Source: a virus. Taken from it: a stretch of 64,000 nt of DNA. The stretch covers positions 3,888-67,887 of IMG/VR virus record IMGVR_UViG_3300031772_000024. One strand, written 5' to 3'. The position numbers and the translations under genes are program-made. The notes beneath the pieces were generated by a model that had not been told where the DNA came from, ran no database searches, and saw only the letters and a list, made by a program, of their open reading frames with translations. How positions within the stretch are numbered: position 1 is the stretch's first letter; every line of letters starts with the position of its first letter. This document shows, piece by piece, positions 28,006 to 37,012 of this stretch.

Positions 28006-29289
28006 ATGCGCAGAAGCCTTCGAGAAGCAGCGAGACAGACCGCCGAAGCCCGTCGACAGTCCAAGGCCAGCCGTGTGGCGTCCGACGCCGAAGCGGCGCG
28101 GAAGCGGCTGGAAGGCGTTCAGAAGGCGCTCGCGGGCTCCAAGACGCAGAGCATCGTCGATGCGATGTTCGACGGGTCGGGGAAGTGTCTTGGCTTTCGC
28201 TTCCCCGCCGAGGACCCCTCGCCGGAAAACCTTCGGGGCGTTCTCCGGGTCGTCGAGCAACGGGCCGCCCGCCTTCTGACGACGGACTACGTCAAGGCGA
28301 TCAGCAACGCCTACCCGCTGACGCCTCTCCGGTCCATCGAGGCGTGGGAGCCCCGCGGGAAGGGCCGGGACACGCTGTTCATCTCGCTCATGGAGCACCT
28401 CTACGCGAAGTTCCCCATGCCGCCGTTCATTTGGTCGGCGTTCTTCGATGCCGAGATCACCAAGCTGCGCCCGGTCGTCGGTCACGTTGCGGCGGGCGGA
28501 AGCCTCCACGAGGCCGTGAAGACGAAGCTCTTGCCGCTGCCTTTCACCCGTCGCATGTGCCACGAGTTCATGCAGACGGAGAGCGACGTGCGGTTTCTCA
28601 CCGCCCTCCGTCGAGTCCAGGTGCGGACCTCGGGAGGCCACGAAAGGCTCTTGTCCGCGTGGCTCGCGGCGCCCCCCGGGCGTTCGATCCTCCAGCCCGA
28701 GGACGAGGACTTCTGGAGCACCGTTCTCGACTGGATGGCGCGGAACCCGATGCTGGACCCCACCCAGGTGGGGCCGCTCGTAGACTACATCATGACGCGC
28801 CGCCGCGAGGACCGGGCCTTCTCGATGAAGGGGCGCACGGTCCTCGCCCTTATGCGGGACATGGCCGCGTGGCATGGCGATCTGGCCAAGACGAAGAACA
28901 TCAAGGGCGCCCACTTCAAGCCCTCGGGGTACCGGGCGGGGCACTTCGATCGCTCCAAGAAGGAGGAGTGGGGCACGCCCCAACTCAACATCTGGCACGT
29001 CCGGGAGATCCTCTCCGGGAACGATCTGGCCGAAGAGGGACGCAAGATGAAGCACTGCGTCTACTCGTACGCGAGCCGGGTGCAGAGCGGCGACACCTCG
29101 ATCTGGTCGATGACCCGTGAGACCTACGGCGGGACGGAACGCGCCCTCACGATCGAAGTCCAGAACGCTACTCGTCGAATCGTACAGGCCCGCGGCCCTT
29201 ACAACAAGCAACCGAGCGCGCTTGAACACACGGTTCTCGTCCAGTGGGCGGGCCTGAACAACTTCACTCTTTCATTATCACGCTGGTGA
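28006..29289 (+). CDS. PcfJ-domain protein
   Basis: C-terminal LAEEGRKMKHCVYSY...SIWSM...LTIEV...IVQARGPYN. Confidence 0.85.
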   Translation: MRRSLREAARQTAEARRQSKASRVASDAEAARKRLEGVQKALAGSKTQSIVDAMFDGSGKCLGFRFPAEDPSPENLRGVLRVVEQRAARLLTTDYVKAISNAYPLTPLRSIEAWEPRGKGRDTLFISLMEHLYAKFPMPPFIWSAFFDAEITKLRPVVGHVAAGGSLHEAVKTKLLPLPFTRRMCHEFMQTESDVRFLTALRRVQVRTSGGHERLLSAWLAAPPGRSILQPEDEDFWSTVLDWMARNPMLDPTQVGPLVDYIMTRRREDRAFSMKGRTVLALMRDMAAWHGDLAKTKNIKGAHFKPSGYRAGHFDRSKKEEWGTPQLNIWHVREILSGNDLAEEGRKMKHCVYSYASRVQSGDTSIWSMTRETYGGTERALTIEVQNATRRIVQARGPYNKQPSALEHTVLVQWAGLNNFTLSLSRW

Positions 29290-29692
29290 CATCGGGATCC
29301 CGGTCATAGGTCGGCAGTGCCCCAGGCGGCAGGGGCTCTATCAGGAACATGTTGCGGCCGATCGCCTGGTAGAACCCCATGTAACGTTTGCACGTTCCGC
29401 AGACGTACCCGCTTCGTGGCCCTGAGCGAAGGAACGCGTTCAGCATGAGGATGGGGGCGGCTTTCACCCGCCACTTCTTCAACTGCTTCTTTCGGATGCG
29501 GCGGTTGCGACTACGCGGCGGCTGCCCAAGGAGTTCTTTCGGCGGGGGCTCCATGGGCCGTTCGTGCAGCAACCCTCCGCATGTGCAGTGAAGCTTGGTA
29601 GGTCGACCAAGCACGACTTCCTTCTTGCGGCTCTCCTCCTGACGGATAGCGGCGGCGATGAGCGCTGACTTGATATCGTTGGATATGTCCAT
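29264..29692 (-). CDS. Zinc-binding basic protein with C-terminal major-capsid-like segment
   Basis: CTCGG...CGTC; RSRNRRIRKKQLKKW; C-terminus is 20/29 identical to MCP residues 48-76; GGTGTA motif and GAGG SD upstream. Confidence 0.75.
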   Translation of the reverse strand: MDISNDIKSALIAAAIRQEESRKKEVVLGRPTKLHCTCGGLLHERPMEPPPKELLGQPPRSRNRRIRKKQLKKWRVKAAPILMLNAFLRSGPRSGYVCGTCKRYMGFYQAIGRNMFLIEPLPPGALPTYDRDPDVTSVIMKE

Positions 29693-29789
29693 GGTCCGCC
29701 TCTCGGACTACACCATGCAGGTTTGGTGTGACTCGCGTCCTCGAAGAAGTGCTCCGGCCGAAAGCTGCCTAGTGGGGTAGGGGTAGCCC

Positions 29790-30302
29790 ATGACTTCGAT
29801 TCCGTGCTTCATGCTGGAGCTGACCGATCGTGAACGTTGGTCACTTCGGCGCTACGTCTCGGCTGGCGACTGCCCTGGACGCTATGGCTACTGCAACGCG
29901 ATGTTCACGCTGGCCGAGGTGACGCCCGACCCTCCGCCGAAGGACGACCCTCGCTGGCCCACCACGTGTGTTTGCGGCTACGCCTTCCAAGACGGTGATG
30001 AGTGGCAGGTCTTGCGCGAGCGGATCTTCGCCCGAGACACGGGGGAGGAGTACACGCTTCCCGATGCTCCTCCTGGAGCGATCTGGGATGCAACATGGTT
30101 TCCAGAGAAGGGGCCGGACGGTCTCTCCCTCGTGATGCGTCTTCCCAACGGAGCTGGCGACTGGCACATCGACGGCCTTTGCCGCGACGGGACGGGCTCG
30201 TGGTCACGTACGGGAACGCCACCTGTCATCACGGCCAGGCCCTCGGTTCTCACGCCGCACTACCACGGGTTTTTAACAGACGGGCAGCTCGTTTCTTGTT
30301 GA
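29790..30302 (+). CDS. Hypothetical Cys/His protein with DUF6527-like C-terminus
   Basis: WSRTG..P.ITARPSV...YHGFLTDG pattern; CVCG. Confidence 0.65.
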   Translation: MTSIPCFMLELTDRERWSLRRYVSAGDCPGRYGYCNAMFTLAEVTPDPPPKDDPRWPTTCVCGYAFQDGDEWQVLRERIFARDTGEEYTLPDAPPGAIWDATWFPEKGPDGLSLVMRLPNGAGDWHIDGLCRDGTGSWSRTGTPPVITARPSVLTPHYHGFLTDGQLVSC

Positions 30303-30319
30303 CGGTGTATTGAACCCTC

Positions 30320-30931
30320 GTGGAAACCTTCGGGATCACGGGTGGCATTGCGACCGGGAAAAGCACGGTCACGAAACTCGTGCGCGAGGCCGGGGTTCCT
30401 GTCGTGGACCTTGACATCGTCGCTCGGGAGGTGGTCGAGCCTGGGCTGCCCTGCCTTGCGGCCTTGGTTCAACGCTTCGGCGCTTCGATGCTCACGCCCG
30501 AGGGCACACTCGATCGAAAGGCGCTGAGAGCGCATGTCTTCGCAGACCGAGCGGAGCTAGCGGCGCTCGACGCGTGCATAGGGCCTTTCATCGCGAAGCG
30601 CATGTGGGAGTGCCTCGTGGAGCACGAGGCAGCGGGTCACGTGCTCGCGGCTGTCGATGGTGCCCTCATGGTCGAGCAAAACATGATCTTTCGACCGCTA
30701 CTCGTAGTGACGACTTCGTCGGAGATCCAACTTCAGCGCCTCATGGCGCGTGATGGGTTCTCGGTGGAGGAAGCCACCTGGCGGATTGCGCATCAGATGC
30801 CCGTCGCCGAGAAGGCGCGCTACGCTGACATCCAGATCGACACATCATGCTCGCTAGAAGAGTTGAAGCTCCGTGTGGGGGACACCCTGAACACGGTTCG
30901 TGAGATGATCCGGTCGAAGAACACAACTTGA
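30320..30931 (+). CDS. coaE: Dephospho-CoA kinase
   Basis: GITGGIATGKSTV, D.DIVAREVVEPG, LDRKALR..VF, QLQRLMARDG. Confidence 0.92.
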   Translation: METFGITGGIATGKSTVTKLVREAGVPVVDLDIVAREVVEPGLPCLAALVQRFGASMLTPEGTLDRKALRAHVFADRAELAALDACIGPFIAKRMWECLVEHEAAGHVLAAVDGALMVEQNMIFRPLLVVTTSSEIQLQRLMARDGFSVEEATWRIAHQMPVAEKARYADIQIDTSCSLEELKLRVGDTLNTVREMIRSKNTT

Positions 30932-30959
30932 CACGGGCCCCTCGGTGTAACGACCCCCT

Positions 30960-31532
30960 ATGGGGAACTCCGACTACGAACTGCTGCTACCTGTCTACAA
31001 AAAGGGCGATGACTTCGCAGAGTACGTTGAGGAGGGGAACTCGCCACAGGAAGCCCTCCTTCGTATGGCCGAACAGTACGAAGAGGCGGCCGAGATATGC
31101 CGTCAGGCGGCTGCGGCGATGGCGAACGTGAAGGGGGTCGTGGAGGTGTTCGCGGGGTCGAACACGATCTGCATCTCCGCGCCCACGGGGTCTCTGGACG
31201 CGCTGGTGGTGGAAGACATCGTCCGTCCGTACCAAGGCGAAGAGGATGACTTCTACCGGGACGAAACGCTTCCGGACGGGGTATCCCCGGAGTACCTCAA
31301 CGCCACGGCGGGCGCATGGTACATCGACCAGGAAGGCAAGCCACACTTCTCCAAGGAGGGGCTCATCATCCTCCCGGCGCGCCCTTACGCGTCTCCCGCG
31401 GAGCTGCGTGACGCGGAAGACCTCCTCTGGGAGACCATCTCTGGGCCGGGGAAGATCAACTTCGGCGTCCGCCTCACGGACTCAAAGGGACACGTGGGTC
31501 TACTCATATTCCTGGAGGAAGAGGAGGTGTAA
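30960..31532 (+). CDS. Hypothetical acidic protein
   Basis: 10 nt after GGTGTA; PVYKKGDDF. Confidence 0.65.
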   Translation: MGNSDYELLLPVYKKGDDFAEYVEEGNSPQEALLRMAEQYEEAAEICRQAAAAMANVKGVVEVFAGSNTICISAPTGSLDALVVEDIVRPYQGEEDDFYRDETLPDGVSPEYLNATAGAWYIDQEGKPHFSKEGLIILPARPYASPAELRDAEDLLWETISGPGKINFGVRLTDSKGHVGLLIFLEEEEV

Positions 31533-31692
31533 CATGCCCCGTGAAGCCCTTCGGCGTCGCCCTCTGACCACATGTCTGCGCAACGGCATTGAGGCACTGA
31601 GGACTTGCTGGTTCTTGGTCAAGAAGTCCTGGGTGGAGCGTGAAACTGCCCGCTGGCGCTACTAGCTAGTGTCCTTGTCGGAACCCTCCACT

Positions 31693-32166
31693 ATGGGACC
31701 GCACACGCGACATGAGATCGAGCGTAAGTTCCTGGTTCGAAAGAGCCGCCTACCCGACCTAGGCACCGGTGCCCGCATCACTCAGGGGTACCTCTCCAGA
31801 AAGCCCGCCGTCAGGATCCGCATCGCTACCAAGGCGGGCGTCGAGGCCGCGTGGATAACGATCAAGGGCAAGGGATCGGTGATGCGTCCCGAGTACGAGT
31901 ACGAGATACCCGTCGAGGATGCTCGTGGTCTCATGTCGATGTGCCAGTACACGCCCATCGAGAAGATACGTTACGAGGTCGACCACGGCGGCAAGACCTG
32001 GGAGATCGATGAGTTCCTAGGCCCTCACAAGGGGCTTTGGGTGACGGAGATCGAGCTGTCCGGCATGCTTGAGAAGTTCCCTCTCCCTCCTTGGGCAGGC
32101 GAAGAGGTAAGCAGCGATCCGAGGTACACGAACGCCGCCCTCTGCGAAGCCGGGAAGATCCCGTGA
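31693..32166 (+). CDS. CYTH-domain protein (triphosphate tunnel metalloenzyme)
   Basis: EIERKFLV, QGYL, RIR, EYEYEIP, IEKIRY, WEIDEF, EIEL, DPRYTN. Confidence 0.92.
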   Translation: MGPHTRHEIERKFLVRKSRLPDLGTGARITQGYLSRKPAVRIRIATKAGVEAAWITIKGKGSVMRPEYEYEIPVEDARGLMSMCQYTPIEKIRYEVDHGGKTWEIDEFLGPHKGLWVTEIELSGMLEKFPLPPWAGEEVSSDPRYTNAALCEAGKIP

Positions 32167-32263
32167 GTGACCGGTCGCAGGGCTGAAAAAGGTCGTTGCG
32201 GCAGCGGTCAGCTTTTTAACCCTGAAAATCCGTCGCTAGACTTCCTATCCGGCGGGGAAGGTG

Positions 32264-32899
32264 ATGAGCGTCATCCCCCGCCGTGTAGTCGACAGGTTCC
32301 TGACCGCTGCCATGGAAGCGCAGGCGCGCTGGAGCGGCACTCTGCCGAGGGAGAGCTACCTGCCGCCGCAGGCTCGGGGAACGACGCCGTTGACACCCGA
32401 GGGGACCGATCTCGCGATCTACACGTGGGAAGAGAACGGCAAGCTCTACGGCATCGCCTTCGGGGGGAAGGCGAACAAGCCCCTTTGGAACTACCGGTTC
32501 ACGACCGAGGCTCAGCGCCAGCACCGCATCGATGAGACCATCGAGACGCAGAAGCGCGTGCTACAGCGTCGCCAGGATAGCCTCGACGCGCGTCGCACTT
32601 ACCAGCACGGGTTCGTGGTGGGCGACATCCTCAACACGTCGTGGGGGTACGACCAGACGAACGTCGAGTTCTACGAGGTTGTCGAGGTGAAGGGGAAGGT
32701 ACTCGTCGTCCGCCAGGTCGCGCAGGAAGCCAAGGAGTCCGACCGGCATGCGGACCAGGTCGTGGCCGTATCCGGCAAGTTTGTGGGGCCGGCGATGCGC
32801 GTTCTGCCCACGCCCAACGGCGTGAAGATCGAAGGCCATCACGCCAGTAAGTGGAGCGGAAAGCCCGTCTACCAAACATCGTCGTACGCGGGCCACTGA
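32264..32899 (+). CDS. Conserved phage protein with RVVDRFLTAA leader (putative virion cargo)
   Basis: GDIL..SWGYDQTNVEFYEVV motif; CCTAT motif 15 nt upstream. Confidence 0.7.
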   Translation: MSVIPRRVVDRFLTAAMEAQARWSGTLPRESYLPPQARGTTPLTPEGTDLAIYTWEENGKLYGIAFGGKANKPLWNYRFTTEAQRQHRIDETIETQKRVLQRRQDSLDARRTYQHGFVVGDILNTSWGYDQTNVEFYEVVEVKGKVLVVRQVAQEAKESDRHADQVVAVSGKFVGPAMRVLPTPNGVKIEGHHASKWSGKPVYQTSSYAGH

Positions 32900-33170
32900 T
32901 CGGGAAGGGGCGCGCCCGGGACGTCGAGCAGCAGGTTCAGGGTATCTCCGATCGGGCCCTCCAAGCCAGGATGATGGCCACGCAGCTCAAGGCACGTCCA
33001 TAAGCCTTCGAGTTGAAAAACAAGCCCACTGCGCTTACGTGCGCGATCAGCCCGCCGAACACCCAGATGGCGAGGGCGGTCGTGTCTCAGACGCTGTGCG
33101 TCGAGAGGGTTGTCTACATCAGACCCGTGTGACCTTTCCATTCCACTTAGGCTCGTGGTAGACCGGGGCC

Positions 33171-33431
33171 ATGCCGAGACCCGCTCCCCGAGACGAAGGC
33201 CGAACAGAGAGAGAAACCAAAGACGATCGGATGGCCTTCAACGGGACCGTCGTCGAGGCTCTCCGGGGCGCGATGTTTCGAGTGAAGTGTGAGAACGGCC
33301 TAGAGGTCATTGCGACCATTAGCGGCAAGATGCGCAAGTTCTACATCCGCATCCTGCCTGGTGACCGAGTGACAGTGGAGGTCAGCGCCTATGACACTTC
33401 TCGCGGACGAATCACTTACCGCAGCAAGTAG
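33171..33431 (+). CDS. infA: Translation initiation factor IF-1
   Basis: [17 protein letters not shown]...[34 protein letters not shown]. Confidence 0.95.
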   Translation: MPRPAPRDEGRTERETKDDRMAFNGTVVEALRGAMFRVKCENGLEVIATISGKMRKFYIRILPGDRVTVEVSAYDTSRGRITYRSK

Positions 33432-33438
33432 CCAATTC

Positions 33439-34215
33439 ATGAAGATCCCGATGCCCAACACCGCAAAGCCGAAGTCTAAGGCCATTGCAAAGGTGTCGGT
33501 AGGCTCGGAGTACGAAGTTGTCAGCAAGCCCGCGCCGTACGTGCCTCCGCAAAAGGAGTACCGGATGTGCTGGCTTGTCTGCGGTGGGGACCCAGCTCTT
33601 CTCCCCGAGATACAGGCTCGTTGGGCCAAAGAGGATGCAGAAGAGGCTGCGGCTCGTGCGCGCGCCCCCAAGGGGCAGAAGTCCAAGGGCATCATCCCGA
33701 AGCAGGCCCGCGTCGAGCTTACGGAAGAGGATGACGCGGACTCCGTGCCCGAGATCCCCACCCCCATCGAAACGACCCCCGAGGTCAGCGAGTCTGAGCC
33801 CGAGATCAGCGAGTCTGAGCCCGAGATCAGCGAGCTTGTCGCGGCAGATCCCATCGAACCCCCGCGTCCGGTGAAGAAGCTCAAGAAGGTGAAGGCCGCC
33901 ACCGAGGAGGATCCGAAGCCTGTAAAGAAGGCCAAGCCCCCTGCGGAGCCGAAACCCGTGAAGAAGGAGCGCCCCGTGGCAGAGCCCAAGACGCAGGCAC
34001 TCGTTCTCGCTTCGAGCCCGAAGACCCGCTACGCGGCGTACCTTCGCGGCTTCGGGCAGGGGGCTTCCGGGCGGCGCCGTGCAGAAACGGACCGGGACTA
34101 CCCGGACTACGTGAAGGGCTACGAAGAGGGCGCTGCGGCGCGCGAGGTGGCCAGTGACGCCTACGCCGATGTGGTGGGGCACCGGCCGCTTATTTTGAAG
34201 GTGCAAGACCTCTGA
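33439..34215 (+). CDS. Low-complexity K/E/P protein with C-terminal RMF-like motif
   Basis: EISESEP 21-nt repeats at 33781-33833; AYLRGFGQGASGR...YVKGYEEG. Confidence 0.6.
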   Translation: MKIPMPNTAKPKSKAIAKVSVGSEYEVVSKPAPYVPPQKEYRMCWLVCGGDPALLPEIQARWAKEDAEEAAARARAPKGQKSKGIIPKQARVELTEEDDADSVPEIPTPIETTPEVSESEPEISESEPEISELVAADPIEPPRPVKKLKKVKAATEEDPKPVKKAKPPAEPKPVKKERPVAEPKTQALVLASSPKTRYAAYLRGFGQGASGRRRAETDRDYPDYVKGYEEGAAAREVASDAYADVVGHRPLILKVQDL

Positions 34216-34252
34216 CGGCCAAGTTGGTGCCTCGGTGTAGGGGCACCAGCAC

Positions 34253-36004
34253 ATGCCCACGCCCGAAGAAATATACGAAAAGCTCAAGGCGGCGAGAGCG
34301 TCCACGACGATCGCGCTGAAGTCCACGACCATGCTTCGCGAGCAGGTCGTGGCGCCCGATGGGTCTCTCCAGCCGCTTCGACTTCGCTACTACCAAGTCC
34401 AGGGCATCTACCACCTGCTCTGGATGGATCGCATGGTGCTTGGTGATGCTACGGGCATCGGCAAGTCACTCCAGGCCATCGCGATGCTTTGCTATCTATG
34501 GGACGGCAAGTCCCCAGGTATGAAGGCCGTCATTGTGGCGCCTAAATCGGCGCTCCACCAGTGGGCTGCCGAGTTCGAGCGTTTTACACACAACATCCAG
34601 ACCTTCGTCGTCTCGGGCAAGTACGAGGACCGTAAAGCCACCTACGAAGCGTGGGCGTCGGCTCCAACCGAGAAGGGGAAGGGGAACGCCCTCATCCTCA
34701 ACTACGCAATCCTCGTCCGGGATTGGGATGCAGAGGGCTTTCAGCCTCTTCTGCCGAACGGGAATCCGGATCCGAAGAAGCCGGTGCTACGGGGAACTCT
34801 CGACGCCGCGACGACGCGTGTCTCCGAGGGCGGGGGTATCGCGACGTTCTTCGATGAGGCCAGTGCATTCAAGAACCCGTTGACCAAAACATGGCAGACG
34901 AGTCGTTTCTTGTCTGATCGCTCCGCCCGTACGTATGGCCTGACGGCAACCCTCCTGAAGAATAACCTCATGGAGGGCTTCGCCATCTACAATGTCATCA
35001 AGCCCGGGGTTTTCACCACGAAAACACGCTTCATGAACGACTTCTGTGTCACCCAACTCCAGACGATCCCTGGCGGACGCAAGGTCCCGATCGTTGTAGG
35101 GTACAAGAACCTCGACAGCTTCCGCCAGCGCATCGACCCTTACTTCATCGGAAGGGCCAAGCACATGGTATCGGACGAACTACCGAAGCTCGTGACGCGC
35201 GTCGTGACGTGCGAGATGAGCCCCGCCGAAGATGCCAAGTACAAGGAGGCCTTGGAAGGCGTCTTGGAACTGGGCGATGGCGAGATGAAGGAGTACACGG
35301 ACACGGCGGCCCTCACGGCGCTCATCTACTGCCAGCAGATCGTCGACTCCCTCACGCTCCTTCGGTTCGAGGAGGGGTCCGAGATCGACATCGGCCCCTT
35401 CGGCGACTCGACTGTGGTCAAGGTGAAGGACCGAGGTTCGAAAGAGCTGGCCCTCGTCGATCTCATCAACGACGAGTTGGACGGCGAGAAGGTGATTCTC
35501 TACACACGCTTCGAGAAGCTCGTAGGTCGGCTACAGACGATCCTCAAGGCCGAGGGCATCAAGAGCGTCCGCATCACCGGCAAGGAGAAGGACAAGCAGC
35601 GCAGGGCGGCACAGGAGGCGTTCCAAGACCCGAAGTCCGACGTGAAGGTCATCGTCATCACGGACGCGGCCAAGGAAGCCCTGAACCTGCAAGCGGCCTC
35701 CGCCGAGATATTCTTCGACTCCCCTTGGTCATGGGGTGACTACGTGCAGCTTCTAGGGCGACCGATCCGTATCGGATCGGCCCACGACACGGTCATAGCC
35801 TTCCACCTCGTCGCGGAGCGCCCCGCGGCGAAGTACGCAGATCGACGAACGATCGACCACCACGTGATCTCGCTCCTCGATCAGAAGAAGCACCTCGTAG
35901 ACAAGGTGCTCGGTGAGTCGACCGTGGGCGCTCTCGACTTTGGCGGCAGCGGTAGTGCCACCAAGGATCTGCTCAAGATGATGAAGGAGAGGAAGAAGAA
36001 ATGA
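34253..36004 (+). CDS. SNF2-family (SF2) helicase/ATPase
   Basis: LRYYQ, LGDATGIGKS, DEAS, LTATLLKN, EALNLQ, QLLGRPIRIG motifs. Confidence 0.9.
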   Translation: MPTPEEIYEKLKAARASTTIALKSTTMLREQVVAPDGSLQPLRLRYYQVQGIYHLLWMDRMVLGDATGIGKSLQAIAMLCYLWDGKSPGMKAVIVAPKSALHQWAAEFERFTHNIQTFVVSGKYEDRKATYEAWASAPTEKGKGNALILNYAILVRDWDAEGFQPLLPNGNPDPKKPVLRGTLDAATTRVSEGGGIATFFDEASAFKNPLTKTWQTSRFLSDRSARTYGLTATLLKNNLMEGFAIYNVIKPGVFTTKTRFMNDFCVTQLQTIPGGRKVPIVVGYKNLDSFRQRIDPYFIGRAKHMVSDELPKLVTRVVTCEMSPAEDAKYKEALEGVLELGDGEMKEYTDTAALTALIYCQQIVDSLTLLRFEEGSEIDIGPFGDSTVVKVKDRGSKELALVDLINDELDGEKVILYTRFEKLVGRLQTILKAEGIKSVRITGKEKDKQRRAAQEAFQDPKSDVKVIVITDAAKEALNLQAASAEIFFDSPWSWGDYVQLLGRPIRIGSAHDTVIAFHLVAERPAAKYADRRTIDHHVISLLDQKKHLVDKVLGESTVGALDFGGSGSATKDLLKMMKERKKK

Positions 36005-36100
36005 TCTCTTGGACGCCAGTCACGTTCCGCCACCGTGGAAGGCATCGAAGGGCGACGCGCATGATGTTTCAGGTGTACGACCCCAGGCAGGGAGCGTGAC

Positions 36101-37012
36101 ATGAACGAGAACGGGGAGGTCTGCAAGTTCTGCGGCGGGAGAGGCACGGTCTCCGTCGATGACATGGGCGGCAACGAATGCGTCTGTGCGTACGCGCGGA
36201 GGCTCAAGATGCACTTGGGACCTGAGATCCTGAGCGCAGAGAACATTCGAAGCCCGTTCTTCGTGCCGGATGGCGACGACTTCACGATGAACAACGTGTT
36301 CTTCAAGTCGTACTGGCGCGATTTCCTCCCCCATCTCAAGTGGGTTCTCGGGTGCAAGGGGCCGATGTTTCGCTTCCGGATCCTGACGGACGAGAAGCTA
36401 CGTACCGTCTACGTTGGCTCCGAGAGCTACACGTCGCGCCCGCGTTCAAAGCGCGACGACATGGACACGAACAACTCCCTCAACGACATCGTCGGGGGGG
36501 ACATTTCGCTGCTCATCATACGGCTCGGGTTTCTTGGCTACAAGAACATCGCGATGCCTGGGATCCTGAAGGAGGCCCTCATGCTCCGCGAGGTGGCCCT
36601 CAAGCCCACGTGGATCGTCGAGTCGCCCAACGCGCCCCTCGTCCCCGGGCACTTCGCCTACAGCGACGAGGTCTTCGAGTACATCTTGGAGCGCTTCAAG
36701 AGCGTGAAGGTGTCCGACTTCGATGCCGCCCGCGAGGACGGTGTAGCTCCTCAGCGGTACTCAAAGAAGGCCAAGCCCGAAGTCGTCGAGGACGTGGACT
36801 TCTCGACGCCGCAGGTGGAGCCCGAAGAGATCCCCGCAGAGGCTCTACCCGAGCCCGAGCAGCAGGAGACGCCGCTAGAGCGCCACATACGAGAGAAGAA
36901 GCGGTCAACACCGCCGCCTTCTCGGATGCACACGGACGTGGACGTAGAGAGCATGGGTTTGCCTTCGTTCAGCAGCAGCGGCAACGGCAAACGGAAGGGG
37001 AGGAAGTTTTGA
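36101..37012 (+). CDS. Putative helicase loader-like protein (DnaC/DnaI-like, degenerate ATPase)
   Basis: N-terminal CKFCGG.G...CVC; LLIIRLG and KPTWI resemble Walker B and sensor regions; no Walker A; coupled to the helicase gene. Confidence 0.5.
   Translation: MNENGEVCKFCGGRGTVSVDDMGGNECVCAYARRLKMHLGPEILSAENIRSPFFVPDGDDFTMNNVFFKSYWRDFLPHLKWVLGCKGPMFRFRILTDEKLRTVYVGSESYTSRPRSKRDDMDTNNSLNDIVGGDISLLIIRLGFLGYKNIAMPGILKEALMLREVALKPTWIVESPNAPLVPGHFAYSDEVFEYILERFKSVKVSDFDAAREDGVAPQRYSKKAKPEVVEDVDFSTPQVEPEEIPAEALPEPEQQETPLERHIREKKRSTPPPSRMHTDVDVESMGLPSFSSSGNGKRKGRKF

Noticed and set aside
30928-30953. TTGACA upstream of GGTGTA as a -35 box
   Set aside because: The spacing is too short for sigma70 and it is absent at the other GGTGTA sites.
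32869-33141. Minus-strand 90-aa ORF or ncRNA in the gap before infA
   Set aside because: I found no recognisable motif, RBS or clear secondary structure, so it is left unannotated.
36340-37008. N-terminal 223 aa of the 886-aa ORF as part of DnaB
   Set aside because: It overlaps the real 36101 gene out of frame. An SD plus TTG at 37009 gives a coupled start.
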